This document shows positions 13,700 to 26,530 of a stretch of DNA of 64,000 bases, one piece after another. This DNA is from the human T2T-CHM13v2.0 reference genome, Homo sapiens. Below the pieces are notes generated by a model. The model made no database searches. It was not told where the DNA came from and saw nothing but the letters and a program-made list of their open reading frames with translations. A program made the translations under genes and the position numbers. Location of the stretch: NCBI RefSeq assembly GCF_009914755.1, contig NC_060926.1, one strand, 5' to 3'. Numbering within the stretch: position 1 is the first letter of the stretch; every line of letters begins with the position of its first letter.

Positions 13700-13842
13700 A
13701 TTGTTATTGTTCATTGCCTATCACTTCCACTAAAATATAAGCTCTAAGAGTGCAGAGACCCTGTTGTCCTAGTTCATAACTGTATACTCAGCCCTCGAAT
13801 AAAGGACATAATAGGCACTCAATGTGCTAAATAAATAAATGA
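13700..13842 (+). mobile_element. L2 3' end
   Basis: 'ccactaaaatataagctctaagagtgcagagacc...aataggcactcaat...aataaataaatga' is a typical L2 terminus. Confidence 0.7.
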
Positions 13843-15159
13843 TACCAATCTGGTATCAATGTGAACATAAACTGTTCATCAATAAGACTGTATGGCCCCT
13901 GGGTCAAAAGAGAAGACTTTGTAACTAACTTAAATGGTGTTTATTTTTAAAACCAATATAGTAACCTTAAAATAAATGACTCTTACAATAGTCCTATATT
14001 CTTTAGGCTGCAAGTGCTGGATGTGGCAGACCTGACCAGCATACTATGCCTGCCCTCTTCCAATGCCATGTACCCCGGAGACCCAGGCCCAGGGAGAAAG
14101 CAAAAAAAAAAAAATGGTCACAGGAATCTTCTAGCAAGAGCAGGTGCTCATACAGGGCACTTTCAGAGCACTACTATTGGGTTTAGGAAGGCTGACCATC
14201 TGGCTCCCAGCTCCCAGCCCTCCCCCTCCTTACACCCTATTCTAAGCAGAAAATGTATAGGCTTTCTCTCTCTTTTCAGGAGCCTAATAGCATATAGCAC
14301 CACAGATTCAATTCCTACATGTAAATATCCATTTGCCTTAAATCCAGTGTCATCACCTTCAAGGGCATAATCATTTACTGGACTAAGTGTTTTTAGGTGT
14401 ATCTACCAGAAATCATCCTTACCCAAACCCAAACACTATAAGATCACTTACAGATCATAGTATTCCCCATGAACTGGAAAATATGATACTTAACAGAATT
14501 CTCAACTACATTGACTGGACCTTCCATGAATATTCCAAGAAAAGAACTGTTCAATCTTACTCTCTAAGTACTTATTACCCTTAATAACACCTGTTATGAC
14601 TAAGGCCTTTAGCAAAAAGAACGTTAGCTTAAAATTATATGTTGTTAGTTATAATTCACCTGCTGGGGAAAATGTTGCCTAAGTAATAAATACATTTTAT
14701 TCATACAAAACTAGGTCAGAATTTAAAGACATTCCCTCTCCAGCTACCTTTCTCCTCTCTCCTTAATTTGTGTTACTTTCCAAAAGCTGCAAGTGTTCCC
14801 AGGAATGATTACAGCAGCTGGGGCAGGGTTTGTCTTACAAGGCCATCCCTAGGAAAAATACCTGGATTGGTCAATTGGCCTCCTGTGTTCTGGCCTCCCT
14901 TTTCTGCAACACGTTACCTTTATCATCCCCCCAACATCCACTTTCATGAATGCACTCACACTAAAACATCAGAGGCATCGGAGACTTAGTAAGTCACCCC
15001 ACGCAGGGGTATTTGTGTTTCAATAGAAGGTGTAAGAAAGAAAGGGCAATATTTAAAATGAAATTAATTCCTAATAGTGGAATTTAAAAAATGATGAAAG
15101 ATCTACAACTGTCCTTCCCATCGACCAATAAAAGTCAACTATGTGCAGATCTCAGAAGG

Positions 15160-15290
15160 CATTCATTGTGTCATTCATTGATTCAGTCAGTCACCAAATA
15201 TCAATTGAGGGTTTATTATACGCCAGTCACTGAACCGGGGCTAAAGATGTATTATATGGTGGGCCTAGACCTTGACCCCACAGAACTTAT
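15160..15290 (-). mobile_element. L2 3' end
   Basis: cattca-type tail followed by 'caccaaatatcaattgagggtttattatacgccag'. Confidence 0.55.
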
Positions 15291-17480
15291 AATACACAAT
15301 TCTCTTGATCTTGGTTCAAAAAAAAAAAAAACTGAACACTGATTTCACATTTAGGCCAATGTATTTCAAATACTCTTCACTTATTAAAGGCCTCCAAATT
15401 CACAAAACTTTTAGTACTAATTTTAGCTAAAAAGCATTGCTTAGCTCTGATTTCTGTTTTCTTTCATTTATCTTCAGCCTCTGTGGAAGAAAAGATAATC
15501 TGCCACAAGTGTTCCAAAGCTTTTCTCGGAAAGTCTTCAGGGTCCACTTCAAACTTACAAACTAGAGAGACCCCTTAAAGAGTTTCTGTGTAAAATGATT
15601 CTCAAAGTAGAGGTAGCAGCTTTCTTCAAACAGAAAAGCTGCTCAGCACTTTAGGAAGCAAGAACCCTCTTTTCCAGAAGCCCATCACAGAGAAATAAGT
15701 AGCAGATCAGCGGCCCCAGAGCTTGAGAGAATTCCGGCAGTAGGAAAAGTCCACAGGAGGCCAACAGTAACAATACACACCAGGACAATTGTAACAGGCA
15801 TTTACATCCAGCCTGTGTTGTGATTGTCAGTGCCTATGACTTACTCCTAAATATACCCCCTTGTAATCACTTTTAAAAAAAAATTTCATATAGGTTCTTT
15901 CTGGGTATTTTTTCCTTTTTTTTTTATACAATGATCACATTTAGGTTCTTTCTGGTTTTACTCAACTCTCTATTTTCCTATTTTGTTTAGGCTTGTCAAT
16001 TTAAACATGGATAGTGTGTCTTTATTCTCTCCTGCAGAACCTGGAACAAAAGACGATTTTGCAACTGAAGCCCAAAGTTTGCCATCAAAATATGAGGAGA
16101 TTTATTTTAAAAAACAGTAACAGGCAGAAGACTCATTCCTACATGATCTGGAGGTTCCAGGTGAAATTTTCAGTGGCTACACAGGAGCACCGTGGATGAC
16201 ATCCATGCCAAAAGCGCCCTGAACTAAATAAAGTTGTAGTCATAGTGAAGCAAAAGGATGCTATGGTAGAACAAACAACATGGGTAAATGTGGGCATGGC
16301 TAACTTAAATTAGTACGGTGAATAGAAACTTAACTACTTCTGGAGACAATTTTCTAGAACTTCTCTATTAGACTTTGAGGACTAGGACTTGGAGATACTT
16401 TTGAAAAGGATTTGATCTATATACAGAGAAAAGAAGCTATGTAAAGGAAAAGGAAATACTGAACTGGTCCTATATGAAGCAGGGCAAAATCTTCTCCAGT
16501 GATTTTTTGCATGTAGAGCCATGCTTCGGTTTCTTTAAAATGATTAAGCGAATAACTGGAGCACCCAAACAATATTACAGGTCTTTAGGAGGCTATAAAT
16601 CGGTAATTATTAGGGCATTTGGGAGATAAGTTTAAACAGGTATACAAATCTTAATGATGGCTAAATAAATAAATAAATGTTCCAAACAAAAACAAAAAAC
16701 CTGCAGATAATAATGATCAAGATTTTATATTTCTCCTTTGGATTTAAGCCAAAGACATCTACATCTAAATTTGACCTACAACTTTGGCCTTCTCATATCT
16801 GTTTTTAGTGGGCATCATCCATCTCCTGTCTTAAGCTTTTATGATTAAAGCATAAAATCCTCTCTTGCTATCATCCCCAACTTCTTTCTTGCAAGGAGAC
16901 AGACAAGACATATTCAATAGCTGAAAGAAATTCCTTATTGCCGCAGCCCCTGCATACACACACATTTTCTTTCCACACAACCACTCTTCCCAGCCATGCA
17001 GAGGGGCTGGCACTTGGGAATGGTACCCTCACACTGTCCTGACTACACACGTCCTCAGGAACCACAGTCTGAAGAAGGGGTCTAATTTTTCAAATTAGAG
17101 CTACGGATTCATAATCCTTGCTCATGAATTTTTCCCATCTCTGTGATTCAGGACATTCTACTCTGTCCCCTCTATCAAGCCAAATTCTACCTGCACTTCA
17201 AGGTTTCATTCAAGCTCCACCTCATCCACACACATTCCCTGATCCATCTAAACACTTTCTCCACTGAGTCACGTGACCCCTACACTAAGGACAACACTAT
17301 AGAATTTGGGGCTATCCCAACTGGGATAAACACTCCTCAGCCACTGACTGTGCGTGGTTGAATAATGTCCACCCCAAGATTCATATCCAGCTGGAACTCA
17401 GAATGTGACCTTACTTGGAAATAGGTTGGTCAGACTTCCAGAGGTCCCACGGCTCTGTTTTGCAGATACAGTTAACATGG

Positions 17481-18966
17481 TGTGTCTGGAATTGGTGGGT
17501 TCTTGGTCTCACTGACTTCAAGAATGAAGCTGCGGACCCTCGCAGTGAGTGTTACAGTTCTTAAAGGTGGTGTGTCCAGAGTTTGTTCCTTCTGATGTTC
17601 GGACGTGTTCGGAGTTTCTTCTTTCTGGTGGGCTCGTGGTCTCGCTGGCCTCAGGAGTGAAGCTGCAGACCTTCGCGGTGAATGTTACAGCTCATAAAGG
17701 CAGTGTGGACCCAAAGAGAGAGCAGCAGCAAGATTTATCGCAAAGAGTGAAAGAACAAAGCTTCCACACTATGGAAGGAGACCTCAGCAGGTTGCCGCTG
17801 CTGGCTGGAACAGCCTGCTTTTATTCTCTTATCTGACCCCACCCACATCCTGCTGATGGGTCCATTTTACAGAGAGCTGATTGGTCCATTTTACAGAGAG
17901 CTGATTGGTCCTTTTGGACAGGGTGCTGATTGGTGCATTTACAAACCTTTAGCTAGACACAGAGTGCTGACTGGTGCATTTACAATCCCTGAGCTAGACA
18001 CAGAGTGCTGACTGATGCATTTACAATCCTCCAGCTAGACATAAAAGTTCTCCAAGTCCCCACCAGATTAGCTAGACACAGAGCACTGATTGGTGTGTTT
18101 ACAAACCTTGAGCTAGACACAGGGTGCTGACTGTTGCATTTATAATCCTTCAGCTAGACACAAAAGTTCTCTAAGTCTCCACTAGATTAGCTAGACACAA
18201 AGCACTGATTGGTGAGTTTACAAACCTTTAGCTAGACACAGAGTGCTGATTGGTGCATCCACAAACCCTGAGCTAGACACAGAGTGCTGATTGGTGTATA
18301 TACAATCCTCCAGCTAGACATAAAAGTTCTCCAAGTCCCCACCAGACTCAGGAGCCCAGCTGGCTTTGCCTAGTGGATCCCACGCCATGGCTGCGGGTGG
18401 AGATGCCCAACAATCCTTTGCCATGTGCCTGCACTCCTCAGCCCTTGGGCAGTCTATAGGACCAGGCGCTGCAGAGCAGAGAGCAGCACCCTTCCAGGAG
18501 GCTCAGGCAGTGCGGGAGCCCACTGCGGCGGGCATGGCAGGCTGCAGGTCCCGAGCCCTGCCCTGTAGGGAGGCAGCTGAGGTCCAGTGAGAATTCCAGC
18601 ACGGCATGGGCAGGCCAGCAGTGCTGGGGGACCCGGCACTCCCTCCGCAGCTGCTGGCCCAGGTGCTAAGCCCCTCACTGCCCAGGGCCCGCGGCACCAG
18701 CCGCTCCCAGTGCAGGGCCTGCCAAGCCCACGCCCACCCAGAATTCGCACTGGCCTGCGAGCGCCACGTGCAGCCCCGGTTCCGCCCACGCCTCTCCCTC
18801 CACACCACCCCACAGAGGGAGCCGGCTCCAGCCTCTGCCAGCCCAGAGAGGGGCTCCCACAGTGCAGCGGTGGGCTGAAGGGCTCCTCAAGCGTGGCCAG
18901 AGCAGACGCCGAGGCTGAGGACACACTGAGAGCGAGCAAGGGCCACCAGCACATTGTCACCTCTCA
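17481..18966 (-). mobile_element. LTR12 (ERV9) solo LTR, LTR12C/E-like
   Basis: Minus-strand ends tgagaggtgac ... ccaattccagacaca; perfect 4-bp TSD atgg at 17477-17480 and 18967-18970; GC-rich U3 5' part. Confidence 0.97.
17860..18345 (-). promoter_or_regulatory. LTR12 U3 enhancer repeat array with multiple CCAAT (NF-Y) boxes
   Basis: Tandem 'gctagacacagagtgctgattggtgcatttacaa'-type units; at least seven intact gattgg; nearby minus-strand GATAAGAGAATAAAAG core promoter at about 17818-17833. Confidence 0.75.
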
Positions 18967-19894
18967 ATGGGATCACACTGGCTTAGGATGGGCCCTATTC
19001 CCATGACTGCTATCCTCATAAGAGAACAGACACAGATACGCAGGGGGAAGACAGCCATGAGAAGACAGAGACAGCTATGCTGCCCCAAGCCAAGGGACAT
19101 GAAGGAGTGCCAGCAACCATCAGAAGCCAGGAAAGGCAAGAAAGTTTTCTTCCCTAGAGCCTTTGGAGAGAGCATGGCTCTGCTCACACCTTGATTTCGG
19201 ACTTATAGCCTCCAGGACTTGAGAGATTTCTGTTGTTTTAAGCCATGATGTTTGTGGTGATCGGTTTCAGCAGCTCTAGGAAAGTGTTATAATAGTTCAT
19301 GTCTTACATTTGTATTTCTTCAGATTTCACAGAGCTGTGAGCTCATGACTAGTAATCAATAATTGATACTTCTTGACTAACAGGAAAATGGTCATGAGAG
19401 TCTGGGCAGCTGGCCTGTGCTGCCAAAAATGAGAGCTAGTCTTTCAATAGACCATTTTCAAGACACCTGTGAAGCACAAGAACCCTGTTAGTGATTTTCT
19501 AGTGCCATTCAAGTTCAAGAGGTGAGCAAGAGAAGTTTTATGGATTTGTTATTTGTTGTTTGTTATTTGTAACAAAATATATTTGTTACATTAATATATT
19601 TTCTATTCTAAAGCATCTTCTCTCAACTATGTGTCATCTTCTCTCACCTACATATTATTTATTTACTCCTCTTTTGAATGAGAGCTGATAGAATGGGATT
19701 ATAAGCAGGGGCAAAATTTTGCCTTAAGAATCGTTTTGCTCTGAGTCTTTGATATGCTAATTTGATCATTAACTTCAGTGACCATATATAGCTTTAAAAT
19801 TTTCCATATTTATTTTATCATGGATTACTTTGAGTTGCATGGATTTTGAATTGCATATTTTGAGAAGCTGACCTAATTAATTATTCTTGCCTGT

Positions 19895-20142
19895 TTTAAA
19901 ATATTTTTTTAATTGACACACAAAAATTGTACATATTTACAGGGTATGTAGTGATGTTTTAATACACATAATGTGTAGTGATTAGATCAGGATAATCAGC
20001 ATTCCATCATCAGAAACATTTATCATTTCTTTGTGTTGGGAACATTCAACATCCTCCTTCTAGCTATTTGAAACTATGTAATATATTATTGTTAACTATA
20101 GTCATCCGACAGTGCTATAGAACAATAGAACCTCTTACTTCT
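19895..20142 (-). mobile_element. 5'-truncated L1MA 3'UTR
   Basis: 'aattgtacatatttacagggta...catttatcatttctttgtgttgggaacattc...tattgttaactatagtca' matches the L1MA 3' end. Confidence 0.8.
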
Positions 20143-20150
20143 ATCTTGCC

Positions 20151-20660
20151 ATGAGAGTATTTGGACTGAAAGTCATGGAGAAAATAATTCATAGTGTCTT
20201 AAACCATAAGAAAACTATTTTCTCCTATAAGAACTTTATTAGGGGTCCCTAGGGTGGTTAATTCAGCCAGTCAGTGATGTCATCAAGCCTTACAGAATTT
20301 GTCTCTCTTTGTCTTTCTCAGTATGTTGTGTGCCTCTCCTCATGATTGCAATAGCATCAGCCATCACAACCATCTGCCCCAATGTCTACCAGACAAATAT
20401 TCTTTTTCCCTGACATGTTTCTTTAGTTGGAGAGGCAACCCTTTTCCAAAAACCTCCTGTCCAATTCCCCTTACACCTCATTGGCCAAAATTATGTCACA
20501 CTTCCATGTTTAACCCAACCATTGGCAAGAGGAATTGGACCACCATGATTGGCTTAGATCATTTACAAATCATGATTTATTCTTTAGAACTGGGAAGGTA
20601 GCCTCCCAGCATGAATGAGTCACACTCCCATGATAGTGTGGAAGAGAAAATGCAATAAAA
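20151..20660 (-). mobile_element. Old MLT1 (K/L-like) LTR
   Basis: 'cctcattggccaaaattatgtcaca...ccattggcaagagg...accatgattggcttaga' motif. Confidence 0.5.
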
Positions 20661-20674
20661 TTGTGGTTGGTTCG

Positions 20675-21290
20675 TGTATCAGACACTGCTGGCTGGCCCC
20701 TCAGCAATCATCCACTCCTTCTTTCATACCAATAGAACCATGATTTTGTGCAGAATAGCAATGTGCTCAGCCCCCACATGTTTGAACCATGTTTAGCTAA
20801 GCCATTTCTAGCAACCTCATTCATTTTTCCCAGATATTTGCTTTGCTAGACTTTTGTATTGTGGGTGTATTGAACTGTGACTAGAACACAGTTCCAGTCA
20901 ATCAGATATGAGTGATAGTCTTCTGGGTCATCTAAATAATATATCTCTGTATCTGTATCTAACTATATCTGCCTATCAGTCTATCTACACACACAGAAAG
21001 AGACACAGAGACAGAGAGATGCAGAGGGAGAGAGAGAGAGAGAATTAGCTTAATTAGCTTAAGCCACTTTCTCTCTCACCTACCCCCACCTCTACTCTCT
21101 TCTTTATGCCTTTGAATATGGCCATATTGCCAAGAGCTATGACAGCCACCCTGTAGTCATGAAGTAACCAGCACAAGAGCCAATTGCCAGCACACTGAGA
21201 ACGACTGAGTGTTAGACAAAAAGAGCTTGGTTCATGGATGTCATCACTGAGCCACAGAATACTCTTTATATAACACCTATTCCCATCAGA
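20675..21290 (+). mobile_element. Old MLT1 (G/H/I-like) LTR with an internal GA-rich simple repeat
   Basis: 'tgtatcagacactgctggctggcccc...gagctatgacagccaccctg...gagcttggttcatggatg'. Confidence 0.5.
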
Positions 21291-23736
21291 CAGAACATCT
21301 AGAGAATACAGAAAGCATGACTCTGGAACCCCAAATTCTAGAGTGGAGACACTGCCACAGCTGAATAATCCCCTGTCTCCCATCCCATCAAGAAAAAAGG
21401 AAAGAAAGAAAAATATTGATTGGAGGAAAGTATGTTAAAGATAGTCAGAAAAGCACTCACAAGGCAAGTTTGCCTGGAGTTTTCACTCATCCTACACCAT
21501 TTGGAGATGCATGAGGGAGGTGCTCAGAGGTGCCTCTGTACTCCTTGTGTTGTGGGAAAGGACACACACCGTGCTTCTGTGCTGCAAAGCAGTATGTTGG
21601 TGACTCAGGGAAATCAGGGATGTGGAGAGGAGGCAAGTATTTCCCTGCAGGGATTCCCATGATAATCATTTTAACCAGATTTTGACTGCACAAAACCATG
21701 AGGTAGAAAGACATGACCCACCCAGGATTACTGGCACTGGTTCTGAACCCCAGGATGGTCCTGGCAATAAAATACTCTCTTGAGTACCTCCCTACACTCC
21801 TCCCCCAAATTCCCTCACAGTCTCCTACCAATTTGTGACCACAATTTTCTAAAGTGCAGGCAAAACACTGGACTTTGCAAGTATGCTTAGAAAAAAGGAA
21901 GTGAAATCAGTAATGAAATAAGCATCAGTAATGAAATAAGATGAGCTGGCAAAGCAAGCACACACTGGAGGCTGAACCACTGACAAAGAGGAACTTGACA
22001 AGGGTGTGGAATCAGCCTGCTCACTTTCCTCAAATTATTATCACGCCTTCATTCTTACCAATAGTACAAGAACCATATCATATGCCTTCCTCATGCATCT
22101 TCATCATGTATCATGTAAGTTTAAAACACTCTCTTTCATTTATTTGTGAATTATATCAGTCTAAGAAATATACGTATGATTCATGGCTTCTGAAATTTTA
22201 AAATCTGAGTTCAGGTCAAATGAAAGAGGACAAAGAGGAAGACTCTGGAATGAAGGATGAGGAAAAGAAAAAGAAGTACACTTTTTAACTAGAGGTCTCC
22301 ATACAGGTTTCCTCATTTTACACCCTTCTCTGTTCAGGCAAAGAACAGAGAAATTAGTTTTGTGCCAGGATAGGAATCTGTATTTCTACATTTTTTCTCC
22401 ATTGCTTTTCTCTAAGGACTCATATTTTAATTAAATACAAATTTGTCAGACTGAAGGGTGGGAGAATTTTAATCATAAATTATTTGCCTGGTAGCACATT
22501 AAGAACACACCATGAAAGATATACATGCCTTGAAATACATAAAAGTATTGCCTTTCCTACCTTCTAGCTCTTTGATTGGTATCATCGGTGATATTGATTA
22601 GGTTCATAATAGATGATGGACTAAAAAATGCTTTAAAAGGCTTTGTAAGCAGGATTGTGTCATCCATCATTGGGCTTTCCAACCAAGAGATTATCAGGAC
22701 TGACAAATATGCAGCCAAAAATGCTATCCAAAATCACCGAAGGTCTTATGAGTCCAGATCAATTCCCCCGCATCCTTAAGGAGTGGTAGAAGCAGAGGGA
22801 GTTGGGGAGGAAGGTCCCACAGATGCTCTAAGGCTTCAGGAAATTCCTCTGGCTCTGCCTTCCAGAGCTCCCTTCCCAGCCTTCTGGTTCTTGCTGGTTT
22901 GCATCTTGCATCCTCTCATGGCCATGTCATTGATTTCCATCTCTACAGTTCCCACAGATGGAAACTTCAGTTTGGACTGAACAGTGGACTCTCATCTGGT
23001 CAGACTTCCGGAGGTCCCATGGCTCTGTTTTTTCACAGTCAGTGAGCCAATCTCACCTACTCCATGTCCCCCAACTCCCCAAGTCCTGCTAGCTCAGGTC
23101 AAACCCTTTGAACTCAGTTGGGGATCAAACATGAGCAAAAATGAGTTTTGTCAGCTTTGCTTTGAAAGGTGAGCAAAGGGAAACAAATGGAGAATGAGCA
23201 TAGATTTGGCTTGAATATATGGCCAAAAAACCTAATTCGGAAAATGTCTATGTCATACCTGGAAATAGCACTGTACCAGGAGTTAGAAGACCTCTAAATA
23301 GCTGTATGACCCTGATTAAAATAGCTCAGTTTTCTAAAGTCTATGGTCAAAAGATTTGCACTACTTAATCCATGTGGTTCCTTCCAGATCTAAGATTCCA
23401 TGGTTTGATGAAGGGAATGGATCAGAAAAGTTGAGTATATAAACTTTCTAGTAACAAATGTTCCTTTAAAAGCACAAGAGGACTGGGGGAGTCTAGAAGG
23501 GGACATCAAGCAAGCAAAAATTAAGATAGCCAAATTATCCTCCGTTCCCTCATCCCTCTCCTAGAGAAAACAACAGAGATGTGGTTCTAGGAATGCTCAC
23601 TAACAACCCAGGAGAAACCAAAGGCATTCATTTACAGGATCACCAAAACCTAGCTACTTCCCCAGATCAGTGAATGTTAAATCATGATTAGGAAGGTAGA
23701 TGTGTGGTATTGTAATCTGATTCTTTTCAAGTTCCA

Positions 23737-24702
23737 GAGGTGGTTAATTTTATGTGTCATCTTGACTGGGATAAGGGATACCCAGATAGGTATTTATTAT
23801 TTACCCAGATAGGCATGGTAAAATATTTCTAGATGTGTCTTTGAGGGTGTTTGCAGAAGAGATTAGCATTTGAATCAGTAGCCTGAGTAAAGAAAATGAC
23901 CCTTACTCAATATGGGCGAGCATCATCCAGTTCACTGAGGGCCCAAATAGAACAACAAGAAGAAAAAAAAAGAAAAAAAAACAAGAAGGGTGAATTCACT
24001 CTGTTTCAGCTGGGACATCCATTGTCTCCTGCCCTTGCACACTAGCACTCCTGGTTCCCGGGCCTTCAAGCTCAGACTGAATTACACCACCTGCTTTCGC
24101 GATTCTCCAGCCTGCAGACAGCAGATCATAGGACTTCCTGACTTCCATAACTGCTTGTGCTAATTCCTATAATAAATCCCCTCATATAAATACAGTTGAC
24201 CCTTGAACATAACAGGTTTGAACTGTGCAAATCCTCTTACATGAAGATTTTCTTCCCCTTCTGCCACCCCTGAGGCAGCAAGACCACACCCTACCCTTCC
24301 TCAGCCTACTCAATGTGAAGACAACAAGGATGAAGACCTTTATAATGATCCAATTCCATTTAGTAATAGTAAATGCATTTCCTCTTTTTTTATGATTCTT
24401 TAACATTTTGCTTCCTCTGGCTTATTTTAAGAATACAGTATCTAATACATATAACATACAAAATACATGTTAATCAACTGTTTGTTGTTGGTAAGGCTTC
24501 CAGTCAACAGTAGGTTATCAGTAGCTAAGTTTTGAGGCATCAAAAGTTACATGTGGATGCTCAGGGGTTGGCACCCCCAACTCCAGCATCGTTCAAGGGT
24601 CAACTGTATGTGAATGTGTACATACACACACACACACATACACACACAAACACACACAATGTCCTATTAGCACTTTTGTTCTAGAGAACCCTACCTCATA
24701 CA
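23737..24702 (+). mobile_element. MLT2 (ERVL) solo LTR, split by a Tigger3-family MITE
   Basis: 'ggttaattttatgtgtcatcttgactggg...gagattagcatttgaatcagta...cctataataaatccc', then a CA repeat and 'tctagagaaccctacctcataca'. Confidence 0.88.
24193..24606. mobile_element. Tigger3 (Golem/MER7-type) MITE
   Basis: Perfect 16-bp TIRs cagttgacccttgaac / gttcaagggtcaactg flanked by a TA duplication. Confidence 0.92.
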
Positions 24703-25043
24703 GAATTTATTACAGAAAAATTTTCATCCAATTTGGAATAAGTCTGAATATTAACTTTTAAAGGGTCCAAACTTAAAGTATATACAATGAAATAAACAAA
24801 ACCCCCTGAGTTATATTCAAATATAGTACAGAATATATATTTTGTCACAATTTAATCATGTATTCAATAGAATAAAGAAGCACAGCAAACATACAAATGC
24901 TGAGATTTAGCCTGCTAAAGTAAGGAAGACATTCAGAAAGTAAGACTTACCCCCAACAAACCCTGGCCTCCACTTCCCCTGCTTACACATCCAATTTCTG
25001 CTGCTCTTCAACCAGTTTTCATTGCCCAAAAACCTTATTCTTA

Positions 25044-25141
25044 GCTGTTTATCAACCAGGCTTTCTATAGATAATGCCTTTTATCTAATAGTGCTGTTTA
25101 TCAACCAGGCTCTCTATAGATAATGCCTTTTATCTAATAGT
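25044..25141. repeat. 49-bp tandem duplication
   Basis: gctgtttatcaaccaggct(t/c)tctatagataatgccttttatctaatagt twice, with 1 mismatch. Confidence 0.97.
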
Positions 25142-26349
25142 GGTTTAAGGTGTTTCTTTTCCCAGGTGTATTTCCATATATAAGTGGAGGCTTTAATCAA
25201 TCAGCATCAGGTTTAATGAACTAATTAGATGAGGGAGGTAGAAAGGTAGAAACTAGGAAAGGTTTTTGGGGTTTTTTGTTTGTTTGTTTGTTTTTCGGAA
25301 AATTCTCAATTGGCCAGCTCCCTTTGTCAAAGTCCAAGGGAAAGAGAGTTGCAAACAGATATCAAGGTATTTAAACCAAAAACTGTCACCTGCTGAACTT
25401 TTATATTTCTTTGACTTGAAAGTAACAAAAATATTCGACTTTGCTGGCTCATGATATTCAAGAAAGGAAAGAAGAGTACGACATGGGAAGAGCAGGTACA
25501 TTGTTGAACTTCTGAAATTCCTAGAATCAGGACTCAAACACTCACAAATACACTCCGTTCTTTGTTCCTGCCTCTCGGCCTGTCAGCTTCATTCTCTCCC
25601 AGCAGATTGGCAATCTTTAAGTGAGAAGATACATGGCCCTTGACAGTTGCTAATTAAGTCCGTGAGACATCCTGCAGACTTAACCTCTAGAAAGGGATTG
25701 CACTCAATCTCTTTCTAGTTCCCTGTCCACCAAAGGAAAGGACTCATTAGCCAAGCTTGAATCGGCCATTGGACAAATCACCTGGGGCCAGAGGAATAGC
25801 CACCAGGATTGGGCATTTTCAGGGTGGACTTGTCAGGTGGGAACTTGAAATAGAGACATGAAAGGTACTCAAGTGTTTGTTCCTATGTTAACTATGAGAA
25901 GAGATAAGGGAAGAGGGAGTTCTTAGCAAAAGGATCCTGGCAGTTAATCCTAGATGCCAGATACCCTCTGCATCTGGACACAGCACAGTGCTGCTTTACC
26001 CTCAATGTCTCACATGGGCAGAAAATCCTCACTCCTTCAATACGGAACACTACAATGGCTTCAGCTCATTGGGGACCCTAAAAAAACAGTAGCTTTCTTG
26101 GATAGAACCATTATAATTTAGAGGTAGCAGCAAGCCAATATTGAGTAAACACTCAAACAGGGGGAAAGGATTTGGTAGATATACCATACACTGATCTCCA
26201 CCAGACCACACCCAACAGACATTCTCTGGGAACTCTCAGAAATATTGTGGGGTGGGGAAAGGAAGAGTTGCTGGAGACTAGAGTGTCTGCAGTAGTAGTT
26301 AGATGCTGCAGCCAGCAATCTAAGAATTGTTGCAGTTAGTGTATGACAC

Positions 26350-26525
26350 AACGTATGGGGCTAAGAGCTGGGGTTCTGGAGTTTGACTTTCTGGGTTTGA
26401 ATTCTTTCTCTACTACTTCCTAGCTGTGGGACCCTGCACTCCTAGTGCCTCTGTGCCTCAGTTTTCTCATCTGTAAAATGGGAATAATAGCAGTACTTAC
26501 CTCACAGTGCTGTTCTGAGGACAAC
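26350..26525 (+). mobile_element. MIR SINE
   Basis: 'cctctgtgcctcagttttctcatctgtaaaatgggaataatagcagtacttacctcacag' is the MIR core. Confidence 0.88.
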
Positions 26526-26527
26526 AT

Positions 26528-26530
<3 letters not shown>

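Larger units (their letters stand above)
17349..19290 (+). mobile_element. MLT1C-like MaLR LTR, split by LTR12
   Basis: 5' part 'gaatgtgaccttacttggaaatagg..tttgcagata' resumes at 18967 with 'gatcacactggcttaggatgggccct...accttgatttcggactt...tttctgttgttttaagcca'. Confidence 0.85.

Noticed and set aside
16015-16290. Possible + exon after tctttattctctcctgcag (AG ends at 16037)
   Set aside because: Good acceptor, but no convincing paired donor or coding signal.
17860-18345. Repeat array that superficially resembles CRISPR repeat-spacer structure
   Set aside because: The intervening segments are themselves repeated, there are no cas genes, and this is the known LTR12 U3 enhancer array in human DNA.
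18366-19006. Cluster of overlapping 74-168 aa ORFs
   Set aside because: These arise from the GC-rich, stop-poor LTR12 U3 region, are open on both strands, and resemble no known protein.
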